Source of the DNA: Octopus sinensis
Lineage: Eukaryota
Direction: 5' to 3'
Length of the DNA: 64,000 nucleotides
NCBI RefSeq assembly: GCF_006345805.1
Contig: NC_043000.1
Coordinates: forward strand, 134,416,001-134,480,000
Positions 48,891 to 62,604 of this stretch are shown piece by piece; position 1 is the first letter of the stretch, and the number at the start of each line of letters is the position of its first letter. A program made the translations under genes and the position numbers. The notes below the pieces were generated by a model. It was not told the origin of the DNA. It was given only the letters and a program-made list of their open reading frames with translations, and ran no database searches.

Positions 48891-50981
48891 AACCATTTTA
48901 GTACCATAATCATCATCATCATTTAACATCTGCTTTCCATGCTGGCATGGGTTGGACGGTTTGACTGAGGACTGGCAAGCCAGGAGGCTGCACCAGGCTC
49001 CAATCTGATCAAGCAAGGTTTCTACAGCAGGATGCCCTTCCTAACGCCAACCACTCCAAGAGTGCAGTGGGTGCTTTTTATGCACCATGTTTGAGGCAAA
49101 CAGCACAATCTTTTCCTAGTACTTTCTCTAACCATATTCTGAAAAAATATCAGCTTGACTGAACTTTTAAAGCTATATTCAACAACAATACAAAGGAACT
49201 AAAGTTCAATTCTAACTGCAGTACAACAACAAACACATTTATTTCCTTTACCTGGAGCATTAAAATTCTAAAAAAGGTTTGGCAAACTAACTTTCTAAAT
49301 AGGTGTGGCACTGATAAAGAAACAATAAGTGGCAACAGACTTATTATAAGTATCATGGAGAATTTAATTTTGTCCTTTTTTTTCTTCTTTTACACTGTAA
49401 AAGAACAATACACCCCCAATGTTTCATCATTTATTTATAATTAACTGAAAGCAGACATGATGTCAGTATAGTTATTTCTGGCTACTTGTTTTTCTTTCTA
49501 TTTCCTATTTACAAAATTTTCTTGTCTTTGCCAACACAAAAACAAATCATAATTGTTGATATTTACTCAATAAAATTATGTACCTAGCCAAACAGATTTT
49601 TATCTATCTAGACAAAGAACACTCAAGCAATGACTAAATCTACATGCCAAGCTCTCTCTCTCTCTTTCTCTCTCTCTCACCCACACAACCTGTGCTCTGT
49701 ATTACATGTTAAGATAATCTTACTAGATAAAGATATTCTCAGAATTATGAGATAGAATTCCATTTTTTGCGATGTAAAAGAAAGAAGAAAACCTGGTCAT
49801 TATCAATTTCTGATAATGTAAGATTCCAAGATTAAACTAAAAGAAAAAGTAGAACAGAATCATCAAGATGACTTATTTTTATATGTTTGGCAAGAATCTC
49901 TAAGAAAAGAGAAAAGAAAAAACAAAAAGCCTCATGCCTCACAGGTATTGTCTTCTGTCTTCAATAATTACAATGACTGTAACATAATACTTGTTTATTT
50001 TTCAACTATTCTTCTTAAATTTCTGTACACCTACTCAAATATTTCTATTAATGTTATCTGTAACGTTCACACTAGCAGTTTAAGAAAATTAAAGCTGAAT
50101 CAATATAAACATAATACTGTATTCGATGGCATAAAAGACACACAGGAATATTAGATGCAGCCAATTTTCAACAACGCATATTCAAAGAAAAAAAGTTTAC
50201 AGTGCATTAAATCATGTATTAATACAGGTCCAACTTCGGCAGTGAGCTGGCAGATTCGTTAGCATGCCAAGTAAAATGCTTAACAGTATTTTGTCTGTCT
50301 TCAAGTCCAACTTCTGCCACAGTTGAGTAAGTCCAACTTCTGCCATGGTTGACTTTGCCTTTCATCCTTTCAGGGTTGATAACAGAGGTACCAGTTGAGT
50401 TCTAGGTTTGATGTTAATTAATCTAGTCCCTTTCCCAAAACTGCTGTCCTTGTACCAAAATTTGAAACCAATATTGGTCCAACTTTGCAGATAGGACCTG
50501 TGGTGATTTTATTTGGGTTTTTTTTTTTTTTTTTTTGTGAGACTGTTTTTGGACACAAAGTGTCTTATATGCCATCAAATCTATAGGATTTGAATTTTAA
50601 TAGAAATATACAGAATTTTAATAGAAATATCCTGTTTAACAATAGTTAAAAGAATAAAATATTCCTCCACAAAGTAATATACACATTGTTTTACTTTTCT
50701 GTTCAAGAATGACAACATTCTTGAATTTTATGTACATTATCAATTTTTCTAGCACAAGAAAGTCTCTATAGTTTGCATTAATTCTGAAACAAAAAATGTT
50801 TACCCTTATTCAGAGAGAAACTATGAATAAAATGTTCTCTTTGTCACAGTATGAGTTTATGTGCTACACTTCAAAGTGAATCACTAAACTTTCAACAGAA
50901 TCAAAATAGTAAAAGTGTTTTCCAAAGCAAAAAGTGAAAGTTTTATTATCTTTTTAACATAAAGGATAATATCTTTCAATA

Positions 50982-51493
50982 CCGTAAGTCCTCGAGTATA
51001 GTCCGCCCTTGAGTATAATACGCAGGGGATTTTTAGGGGGCTGTACCTCTGAAAAACCTAAACCTTGCGTATAATACGCACTCTTTCTCTAACTTGAGTC
51101 AAGGAGGTCTATATAACGTCTTTGGTTTGTAAAAATGTATACGGTAACATCCTTTATTATTATTGTATATATAACATAATGCAAACATGTAGCTTTTTTG
51201 TGCATTTTGTTTGCAGAAAATAAAGAAATAACAGTAATAACATTTAATAAATGTTGCTTATTGCAAGTTATGGATGATTCTTTTATGACTTCATTGCTTT
51301 CAGGCTTAGCTTAAGGTATTTTCGGGCCCGACATCACAAAATGCGTCTGAATAAACATTACAGGACAGCAAATAGAGACTCGGACATTGCTTAGAAAATA
51401 TTTTTCATTTTTAACCTCGTATATAGTACGCACTAGGGATTTTGACTTTTAAATTTTTGGGGGGAAATGCAGATTATACTTGAGGATTTACAG
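50982..51493. mobile_element. Tc2/pogo-like non-autonomous DNA transposon
   Basis: TA|CCGTAAGTCCTCGAGTATAGTCCGC ... GCAGATTATACTTGAGGATTTACAG imperfect TIRs. Confidence 0.75.
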
Positions 51494-51546
51494 CATTTGT
51501 TCAAATTCATTATTAAGAAAGCTTAACACCAAATAATTTCAATTAA

Positions 51547-51848
51547 CTCCTAAGCATTTAAACAGGCCATATCCAAGCCAAATATTCTACCTGTTTTATG
51601 TTCAAACCAGTCAAATCTGGCCTCTTACACCTCTTCTGCAATGTCATAGGGAAAATATACAATCACATCAGCAAAATCACAAAGTCATCATGTATTGGCA
51701 CAGCCTTCCAGTGTGCCAGCTCAGTGAAACCGTCCAACCCATGCAAGCATGGACAACAGACGTTAAATGATGATGATGATGATGATGATGATGAATTGAA
51801 AATGATGTCAATAAATAAGCACTACATTTGACAAAGTATGTCAAAGGG
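51547..51848. mobile_element. piggyBac-like MITE P2 with an inserted SINE tail
   Basis: TTAA TSDs; (GAT)n-tailed SINE end at about 51700-51795. Confidence 0.75.
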
Positions 51849-52372
51849 TTAAAAAAAAAACCAATCTGTGTACAATGAGTATCATTGTCCTGTTTATTTC
51901 CCCAATTCCAGCAGGAACAAACCTGAAACCATGTGGTTGCGAAGCAGAACTCTTCACTAAACAGCTATATCACCATTTATGTAGTTTGTTAAAAGATTAA
52001 CACAGAAGGCAAGAAAACAGAGTAAATTCTTGTTTCAAGTGACATCTGAACAAAACAAAAAGGTGAAGCCCCATAGAAGTTAACATTTAAGGACATGCTA
52101 CTTCAATGGGAGTGATTTTAGTGACAACTAATAAAATATTTTAAAATACAATTTTTTTAATAAAAGAAGAATGAAAATCACTTAAACAGGAATCTAAAAT
52201 TAAAACCTGGTGCTTAGAAATACTAAAAGGAATGAATAACACAAAATGTTTCAATATTAACAAAAACTGCAGAGAAACTACATCAGAAATTAAAATAGCT
52301 GGTAGACAGGAATCTAAATACTTTTTTTATGAATTCAATTAGTAAACAAAAGATACCAATAAAAATTTTCAG

Positions 52373-52776
52373 AACTCTTTACTCTCTTTTACTCTTTTGC
52401 TTGTTTCAGACATTTGACTGTGGCCATGCTGGAGCACCGCCTTTAGTCGAGCAAATTGGCCACAGGACTTATTCCTCCTTGTAAGCCTAGTACTTATTCT
52501 ATCAGTCTCTTTTGCCGAACCGCTAAGTTACAGGGACGTAAACACATCAGCATCGGTTGTCAAGCAATGTTGGGGGGGACAAATACAGACACACAAACAC
52601 ACACACATATATACATATATACGATGGGCTTCTTTCAGTTTGCGTCTACCAAATCCACTCACAAGGCTTTGGTCGGCCCGAGGTTATAGTAGAAGACACT
52701 TGCCCAAGGTACCACGCAGTGGGACTGAGCCCAAAACCATATGGTTCGTAAGCAAGCTACTTACCACACAGCCACT
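52373..52776 (-). mobile_element. SINE family A
   Basis: Full copy, reverse orientation. Confidence 0.92.
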
Positions 52777-55499
52777 CAAATGTAAAAAGAAAAAAAACTT
52801 TTATTTCTTTGCCAAAAGCAGCGAATATTTTCTATATGTATGGATCTGTACATGTGGCCTAGGTTTGCATTCAAATAAATAAAATATTTTATAGGTTAGT
52901 GTGAAGATCTTTCCAGTACTGGCACCATAAAATGCACCCAGTATACTCTGTAAAGTGGTTGGAAAACTGAACAAAGAATGCATAGGGTCCTAAAGTCTCT
53001 TTGTTCAACCTCTCTGGTGTTGGTATCATGGAAAACATACCAACTACTATCTGTAAAGTAGGTAGCAATAAGAAGAGAAACCAAATAACACTTGCAAGCA
53101 TCAGTTTACAGAAGCGGCTGCTTTCTGTGGGTGACTATTTGATTATGACGACTCATCTAACTCATGCTGACATCAAAAGCAGATGTGAAAATGAAGATGG
53201 TCCATAGATACAATAGTTTTTTTTTGTGTTAAGATGACAACAAGACAATGCATTGGAAGAATCATTAAATTTAGACAAACTAAATTGCTTTGAGGTATCT
53301 AATTTCAGTCCCTTATATTCTGAGTTCAAATCCCACCAAGATCAAATTTACCTTTCCTTTTTTTTTTTTTTAAGGCTGGTAAAAAATATAGCAGCAAACT
53401 CAGAGATCAGTTACTTGACTGATATTGGTGTCTCCCAGGCTTCTTCAAGGAAAAAGTTTATGACTAAGAACCCTGACTGAATCTTCATAGCACTACTTGA
53501 GGTTCATCAATCTATGAGGACGTAACACACACACACAAACCAACAGCCACACTATTGCTTTGAGGTACAGTGACCCCAGTTAGAATTAGTTGTGAAAGAC
53601 AAAACCGATGGAACAATGTCACAGAAATCCAGTAAATTAATGGACTGTGGTGTAGATGTTATAATCATTGCAGCCAATGGAATGATGATGACGATGACAG
53701 TAATAATGTCAACATCAACAGAAGCAATGATTGTGACAACATTCACAATTCTTTGTTTCCTTAGAATGTGTATACTGAGTTACAAGTCCATATTTAAATG
53801 CTTGTATGTACACACACGCTCTCTCATATAACCTGCACACTAAGAGCAAACTAAGACTAACCATCCCAACTTTAGCTCTGCTACCACCACCAACAACATT
53901 GCTAACAATAGCAGCACTGACACGACAATGAACCAACCCAGAATGGAAGCTACCCAAGAAAAGAGAATACTATGGATATATCTAACCAATACCATAGCAA
54001 CGGTAATAAATGAATATTTTCACACGAGTGGAGTGTACGTATATGTGTGTCTACAAATTGTAAGTTTATGTGACTGTGAATACGAATTTCCGTGATTAAT
54101 CTATATGTAGTTATATGCTTTCTTCCTCTGTGTAACAGAGTATGTAATTGAATGTCTAAAATAAATGAGTGGGAGGAGAGGTGCATGTATAATATATATA
54201 TATATACATACACACAAAAATGAATAAGCTTGTATGTGTGTGTGTATATATATTCATGAGTTGTTTGTATAAAAGCAGTATTAATTTCTCACATTTGTGA
54301 ATATATTTGTTAGTTATGTACAATCGATGCAATGGTGATTAATTACATATTTGAATAATGTGTGTATTTGTACTGGAGCACCGACATTATTGCAACAATA
54401 AAATATGTATGTGTTTATAGTTTTCATACCACGTATGCTTGTACGCGCGTGTGTGTGTGTGTATATGTCACCACAGTAAACTTGTACAAGTCTTTCTTCA
54501 ATGGGGTGCTTTTTAACCTGATTAGTCAGTCACTTCCTACAAAGTACTTCACAGTACTGCCATTTGACACAACGATTCAAATGACAGCCTGATCTTTGTC
54601 AAATTACAAACCATCAGTGTCAAGTTTTAGTTTTACCTAATTAAGATCAGGTCGTTTAATGGTAAACAATTCATTCAATCAAACTGCATACATTATAGTC
54701 CTAACTACCTTTAACTGTTTCTCAAATGAATTTCATAATTCCGCTGTAAATGATACCAAGCTGTTTAGGGAATTGGTAAGGTTTTAATTTAGTTTCAATT
54801 TATACTTTTTTTGTTTTTTGTTGGGTTTTTTTAACCTTTAGAATTCATATGAATGTTCAATAGGAGTATAGTTGTGATGCTTGTAATATAAGTCACAGGT
54901 TTAACTATTGGGATGTCTTTGAATGAAGATCTTTGTTTTTTTTTAATTCTTTACTCTTTTAAGCCTAACAGACTAAATGACAACCGTTAAGAAAGAATAC
55001 CTATTTCTTTACTACCCACAAGGGGCTTAAACACAGAGAGGACAAACAAGGACAGCCAAACGGATTAAGTCGATTATATCGACCCCCTGTGCGTAACTGG
55101 TACTTATTTAATCGACCCCGAAAGGATGAAAGGCCCTCAACATAAAACACTTAGTCTAGACAATTGCAAGTGTTTGATTTCGTGCCAGATTACAAAAACA
55201 TTAAATCATATTTGAAGAAAAATAATTACAAAACAAAATTACAAAAGCCATAATAAATAAACAGTTGATTGAACAAAGTGGATATTTAATCAATAAACTA
55301 ATAAATTTAAGCAGTGGGTGATCAGACTCTTTTATTTGCTATATGCCATTTATAAACTTTGTCTTTATCAGTTTATGTCATATCAAAATATTTTTCCTGC
55401 TTCATTTCACAAATATTTGTTGTAACAAACGAATCCAATTAGATTTACTTTTAAGATTAATTCTAGTTTAGATTTACAACTTTAACATAAGTATTTTAT

Positions 55500-55910
55500 A
55501 GGCCTAGGAGTGGCTGTGTGATAAGTAGCTTGCTTACGAACCACATGGTTCCGGGTTCAGTCCCACTGTGTGGCACCTTGGACAAGTGTCTTCTACTATA
55601 GCCTCGGGCCGACCAAAGCCTTGTGAGTGGATTTGGTAGGCGGAAACTGAAAGAAGCCCGTCGTATATATGTATGTGTGTGTGTATATATATATATATAA
55701 TATATATAATATATATAATATATGTATGTATGTATATGTTGGTGTGTTTACGTCCCCGTAACTTAGTGGTTCGGCAAAAGAGACCAACAGAATAAGTACT
55801 AGGTTTACATAGAATAAGTCCTGGGGTCGATTTGCTCGAATAGAGGTGGTACTCCAGCATGGCCACAGTCAAACAACTGAAACAAGTAAAAGAGTAAATA
55901 GTAAAGAGTA
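55500..55910 (+). mobile_element. SINE family A
   Basis: Full copy with (AAAGAGT)n tail. Confidence 0.92.
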
Positions 55911-57859
55911 AATCAGTCAAGTTTCTTGGAGACCAAGTCATGGTAATCAAAATTGTATACCTGTGATTGCAATTCAGAAGTTTTAAAAGCAAAACATAGC
56001 AACCTGTTCTAAATATCATTCATGAAGTTAGCTATAAAGAAAACTTTATGCAAAAACAAACAATCAGATAGCTTATAAATCTAAAAGAGAGGCAACAACA
56101 CTACTAGTAACAGTTCTATTGAATAAGCTATCATTATTCAATTATTAAACAGCCAGCATTTCATATATTTATTGATTACTATCAATAAATAAAGATTTAA
56201 TACAGGTTATCAGAGCCTATAGTTTGGTTATCTGTGGATTATGATTCTGTTATTAACTATTGCTGGAGAGCCAAACCTGGTCAACTTGCTAGAGCTGCCT
56301 CACTAAGCAAAAGTTATTGGCTTCTTTCCTATCATCACAGCTGTACCCTTGGAAGAGAACTAACACAATATGATAGACACAATAGTTCTTCAGTACAGGT
56401 AATAAAGGTACTGTACAAATAAGGGCTTTGTTGACTGGACTCTACTCCAACAACAAACAGCTACTTCCCCACTACTATCTATGTCTAAAATAGTGCTCTA
56501 CTTATTTATTCAAGCACTGTACAATCAATCAATTAACCATTGCCTTAATTAATAGGGGTTCTTTTTTTTTAAATATATCACTAGTAAGTAATATATACAA
56601 ATCATACTTACTTTTAGGGACTATTTTCAACCTCACCATACTTAAGAATATATGAAAATGTATATATTTAGGACAATGGTTAATAAATATCTTCATTATC
56701 ATTTAATGTCCACTTATTCATGCTTGCACAGGTTGGACAGAGTTTATTGAGACAGACTTTCTACGGCTGGATGCCCTTCCTGTTACTAACCCTCACCTGT
56801 TTCCAAGCAAGGTAATATTTCCAGATAATATGCCCAGATATATTTTCATAGAATATTGCAAATGAAGGACACTGCTTGTATGAGGGCGACACTTGTTTAC
56901 AAATATCACATGATGTCAAGACAAAGGACACAAACATACACACAATCACACACATAATCATCATCATCGTTTAACGTCCGCTTTCCATACTAGCATAGGT
57001 TGGACGATTTGACTGAGGACTGGCAAACCAGATGGCTGTGCCAGGCTCCAATATGATCTGGCAGAGTTTCTACTGCTGGATACCCTTCCTAACGCCAACC
57101 ACTCCAAGAGTGTAGTGGGTGCTTTTATGTGCCACCTGCACGAGAGCCAGTCTGGCTGTACTGGCAACGGCCACGCTCGAAATGGTGTTTTTTACGTGCC
57201 ACCTGCACAGGAGTCAGTCCAGCAGCACTGGCAATGACCTCATTCGAATGTTTTGTTCGAGTGCCACAGGCACAAGTGCCAGTAAGGCAATGAATGTATA
57301 AACACACACATATCAAGGCTGTAGTAAAAGATACTTGCCCAAGGTGCCACACAGTGGGACTGAACCCAAAACCATGTGGTTAGGAAGCAAACCTCTTACC
57401 ACACAGCCACACCTGAATCATAATTTCTTCACAATTCCCTACATTGTCAAAATGTCAAACATTTCTAAAAGAAGCTTAAAGTTGATTAAATCAATCCAAA
57501 TAAATACCTGATAGGTTCAATCCCACAGCATGGCACCTTGCAGAAGTGTCTTCTACTATAGCCCTAGGCTGACCAAAACCTTGAATAGATTCATTAGATA
57601 GAAACTGCAATAAGTGTGTGTACTTGTGCACCCAAGTCTTGACATGATGATTGTAAATGAGCATCATTGTCATACAAGCAATGTCATTTGCTTATAGTCT
57701 TCCATAGAATATTACCTTGCTAGTAAAAAGTAAGAGTTGGTGACAGGAACAGCATCCAACCATGGAAAGACCTGCCCCATCAAATCCCATCAGGTCCATA
57801 CAAGCATAGTAAAGCGGACATACAGTAAGTACATCAAAACACTTAACACATTGGAATGT

Positions 57860-58046
57860 ATGTGTGTGTATATAATATATATATAATATATATATATAAT
57901 ATATATATTATATATATATGTATATATATATATGTATATATATATATGTATATATATATATGTAATATATATATGATATATATATATGTATATATATATA
58001 TGTATATATATATATATGTATATATATATATGTATATATATAATAT

Positions 58047-58086
<40 letters not shown>

Positions 58087-58163
58087 GAATTATATATATA
58101 TATATAATATATTGTTATAATATATATATGTATATATTATATATATATATTATATATATATAT

Positions 58164-58212
<49 letters not shown>

Positions 58213-58216
58213 TATA
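57860..58216. repeat. Degenerate (TA)n tract
   Basis: Directly visible; similar tracts at 33665-33727, 34395-34470 and 59970-60115. Confidence 0.97.
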
Positions 58217-58820
58217 TACTAGCAGTATCGCCCGGCGTTGCTCGGGTTTGTAAGGGAAATAACTATATAAGCATTTTTAAGAGGTATATCCAAAAAATAG
58301 CAAAAATGCATAAAAATGGAAAAAATATGATGGTAAATTTTTTTTTAAAAATCGTTGACTCATCGTAGACATTTTAGAGAGTTACTTCCCTTATATAATA
58401 GCGAAAAAATGCATTAAAATGGAAAAAAAACGATGGTAAATTTTTTTTAAATCGTAGACTCATGTAGACGCTTTCTTAGCCATTTCTGTTTTGTGTCTTC
58501 AAGCCATGAAGTCGTTGTTCTAAAAGAACGCTGGTCTCCTTGACAACGCATTACGACGTTGATTTCCTTACGACGTTGATTTCCTTACACTCCCTTCCCA
58601 CAGGTGCAGTGTGAGCGTGGACGCCAACTTCACCGCCATCGCACACACGAAAAATTATGCATTAAAATGGAATAAAAAATAATACTCAGACGGGCTCGAT
58701 ATGAATCACGACTATAAGCTACCCGAATTTGGTTAAACTGCACCGCAAAATGTGGGAGTAGTTAGGAATCTAAATCGAAGGGGACAGACACTCACACAAA
58801 TACAGTTTATATATATAGAT
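58217..58820 (+). mobile_element. Helitron/Helentron-like non-autonomous element
   Basis: 5' TACTAGCAGTATCGCCCGGCGTTGCTCGGG; 3' GACAGACACTCACACAAATACAGTTTATATATATAGAT; internal subrepeats; inserted in a (TA)n tract. Confidence 0.7.
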
Positions 58821-58844
58821 ATACATAGCGCAGTAGTGGTGAGA

Positions 58845-59340
58845 TGTGTGACAGCAAAGAAAAGCATACATTCACTCTCTGCATGCAATTAGACTCGGAA
58901 AGTCGTGAGGAACCCATTGACCCAATTTGCTGACTTTTCCGATAGCACACAGGTCTCAATGAATGGTTTGAATGACCAAATCCAAGCTTCTCTGCTAGTT
59001 CCTGAACAGTTACGATGAGATCCATTTCAGGATGTCCCGAGCACAGCTCGTCTTCTATTGTCTCAATCCACCATGACACTGACGCATAATATTCTGTTGT
59101 CTTCCGTTGCGTTGTTGTCTTTATTGAACTCAAAAGCAAAATATGCCAAATATGCTCCTTTGTTACTTCCAACATAGCTTTGAAAAAAATAGCTGTTAAA
59201 ATCGAAATGCACTCTTCAAAACTTGCACTATGAATAAGGACAAGATAAAATTACTACCTGTTTTTATAGCAAGTTAATATAAGTAGTTATCCCATTCCCC
59301 TCTGACTTTTAGTTCAGCTGTTGAAAAAACCGCATTATTA
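58845..59340 (-). mobile_element. 5' fragment of the same mariner family
   Basis: 5' UTR and N-terminal coding (LEVTKEHIWHILL...QRVNVCFSLL) align to 4020-4590; the TIR is lost into a (TA)n tract; truncated next to a Helitron-like element. Confidence 0.88.
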
Positions 59341-60000
59341 TATATATACATACATACATACATACAACATATACACACACACTCTCTCTCTCTCTCACAC
59401 ACATGCACACTTTATATTCTGTTATTCTTTTATATGTTTCAGCCTTGAGGTTGTGGCCATGCTGGATCATGTGTGTGTGTGTTGTGTGTGTGTGTCTATC
59501 TGTCTGTCTGTCTGTATGTATATATGTATATGTATGTGTGTGAACAACAATATTTTCAACAGATGTGTTGCAAATGTATCTGTTGTTCTCAAGCTTCAAA
59601 TTTACTCTCTTCCAAGAACATTTTCACTCACTCTTATTTGTTAGCTTCCCATACATTTTACTCATGTATCTATCAGCGTTCATGGACAGTAACAAAATAT
59701 TACATCTAGTTTCATTTTATTCGTTACACAGTGTGGTGTGCGTTTTGCGTGTGCTGTAAACCAGACTAAGAAAAGCATTTGAACACACACCAGAATGTGA
59801 GTTTTCTGTAAATTTTGCTTAATTGGAGTTTAAATTTTAAAAACTGGAGCTGGCATGACGCGATGCATGTACTCTTAAAATGCTAGGTAAATTGTAATTG
59901 AAGAAATCCTATATTGTAGATTTGTATAACTCCCAAAGGGAGCAGATAAAATCTGCCTTTTATAATAAGAGATATATATATGTATATATATATATATATA

Positions 60001-60031
<31 letters not shown>

Positions 60032-60045
60032 TATGTATATATATA

Positions 60046-60078
<33 letters not shown>

Positions 60079-60084
60079 TATATT

Positions 60085-60115
<31 letters not shown>

Positions 60116-60451
60116 CACGCTTCACTACGTAATGTGATGAGCTAGTTAGCTAGTACAAATTCTGCCAAGATCGACTTTGCTTTCACCAATTTGGGGTCAG
60201 TATGGGTATGAAAACTGCACCCCTCTGCCAAGCCATGTTGAGCCAGTGTGGGAGAGTAAGCTCATCGAACCAATATGATCTCAAGCCATTCTCTGGTGAA
60301 GTGAACATGCTGATGTCCTCATCCTGCAGTGGACTAAACATGGGCAACCCAATCCAATCTCATACATGCGTTAAGTCCTTTATTCATTCAATGTTCATTG
60401 CTTTTGTATTTTAAAAACATTTATCTTTAGCTTTGTATTATACATACATAT

Positions 60452-60495
<44 letters not shown>

Positions 60496-60610
60496 GAGGG
60501 AGAGAGAGAAAGAGAGAGAGAACAAATACAGTGCAGTCACTAATTCACATATTTTATTTATTTACTCATATATATATATATATAAGAATATATATATACA
60601 TAGGTATATA

Positions 60611-60642
<32 letters not shown>

Positions 60643-60735
60643 ATTTCAACAATTGAGGGCAAAATTAATTAATTATTAATCAATTTCACCAAGTGTTCAG
60701 TATGCTATTTTACTAAGCCCTTTTATATAATATAT

Positions 60736-60781
<46 letters not shown>

Positions 60782-60950
60782 GAGATAGGTAAATAGATAG
60801 ATAGATAGATACATATATATATTTATTTATATATATACATATATATATTTATATACATATATATATATATACACACACACACATACAAAATATATATTTT
60901 ATTTATTTACTCATATATATACAGGTATATATGTGTATATGTTTGTGTAT

Positions 60951-60987
<37 letters not shown>

Positions 60988-62208
60988 ATATAATGTTTCA
61001 GTTACTAAGAATAGGTAACTAGAATATGTGAATTTAATGACTGCGCCGAATTTGTTTAGTACATGCTCCCATTCTACCTGATACTGAATCAATGATATAA
61101 ATATATTAAGAGCAAGGATGCTGATAAGCAAAACCACCAGTTTCTAATTCCTGTCCTACTTAAAGGAGACAATACTAGAATACTTTTCTATTTCTATATT
61201 AAAACACCAAATTAAATGTAAAAATATTAAAAATTCATTCTCTGGATCAATAAGTATAAACCCCTTTAAGTACAAGATTTATTGAAAATATGCCTAGTGA
61301 TGGAAAGTTATCAATAAGCAATTTTGATTGCTGTACTATTTTCAGAAAGTTGAAAAATTCAATTGTGAAATATTAAATTTTTCATAATGTTTTGCAGCCT
61401 GAGTAACTTGCTCAGACGTTAATATGCACAGCTAAAAGTGTTAAGGTATGAATAATGATGTTCAGTACTAAGGTTTTCTGTTATTACTACGGAGAAAGAA
61501 AACACACACACACACACAGAAAAGGAAGAGAGAAATGATGCATAAAGAAGAAGAAGTTTTAAAATTAGTTTTTTTTTTTTTTGTTTGTTTTTTTTTTTAA
61601 TGTTTCCTTTACAGAAATGAAGCAATTGACCTGACTCCAATATACTGCTATTTTATTGATTTGACAGAGGAATCTCACAAACATAAGACACCAAATATGA
61701 TACTACTCAACAAATACTCTGACTCCCTACTGTTTGTGCCAATTCCATTGACAAAATTTGCTTTAGATTCAATAAGAGTGAATAGAAAGATGTGTGCAGG
61801 ATCGGAGAGGCAGCAGAAAGTGCCACTTGCTCATTATGGAGCAAGTGAGGGAAGTTGAACAGGGAACGAGGAGGCAATGATGATCAGTGATTTAGTGATT
61901 TAGTTACCTCTACTAACTGACTGATAGGAGGATATTCCAGTCCAGAGTCACATTTGATAACATCATTTCCTCCTGGTCAAAGCTACATTCATCAAAGGTG
62001 AAAAAAGAAGCATCCTCATTTAGATGTTATCAATTTTATTATTATATAGCAATTTATTCTTTTACTAGTTTCAACCAGCTTCAAATTATGTTTATAGTAG
62101 ACTTGTTAATAGTCTTCAGTCATCATCATCATCATCGTTTAGCGTCCGTTTTCCATGCTAGCATGGGTTGGACGGGTATTGTATAATAATACTAGTATTG
62201 TATAATAA

Positions 62209-62604
62209 TACTAGCAGTATCGCGCAGCATTGCTCAGATATGTTTTGACCCTTTAGAATTGGAATTTTTGAAAAGTAAAAATTTTGCATTATGTAGCTAG
62301 TTATTCTCTTTAAGAGAACATTTTTCTGGTTGAAATACACCGAAAAATGGCGACACAGCAGTCAAAAAATCATAAAAATATAGGGATTTTCATAGAAAAA
62401 AAAGCACCTTTTTGATGTAAATAATTTTTGGTGTTAACATGGTCCGATTTGAATTTTTTCTTCTACAGAAAGAAGAGCAAGCCTTCTTCTATCATACTCT
62501 CAATTTTGGTCAACTTGCGCCATAGTGTCTCGGAGGAGATACTGTTAGCTGAAGGCTACCAAACCTGCCATACACAGACAACTTCAGCTTTATATAGAGA
62601 GAGA
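62209..62604 (+). mobile_element. Helitron/Helentron-like non-autonomous element (same ends, different interior)
   Basis: 5' TACTAGCAGTATCGCGCAGCATTGCTCAG; 3' CACAGACAACTTCAGCTTTATATAGAGAGAGAT. Confidence 0.68.

Noticed and set aside
56612-56640. 29-nt microexon candidate with a strong donor gtaagt
   Set aside because: Not a multiple of 3, with a stop in one frame; such signal pairs are expected by chance in 64 kb.
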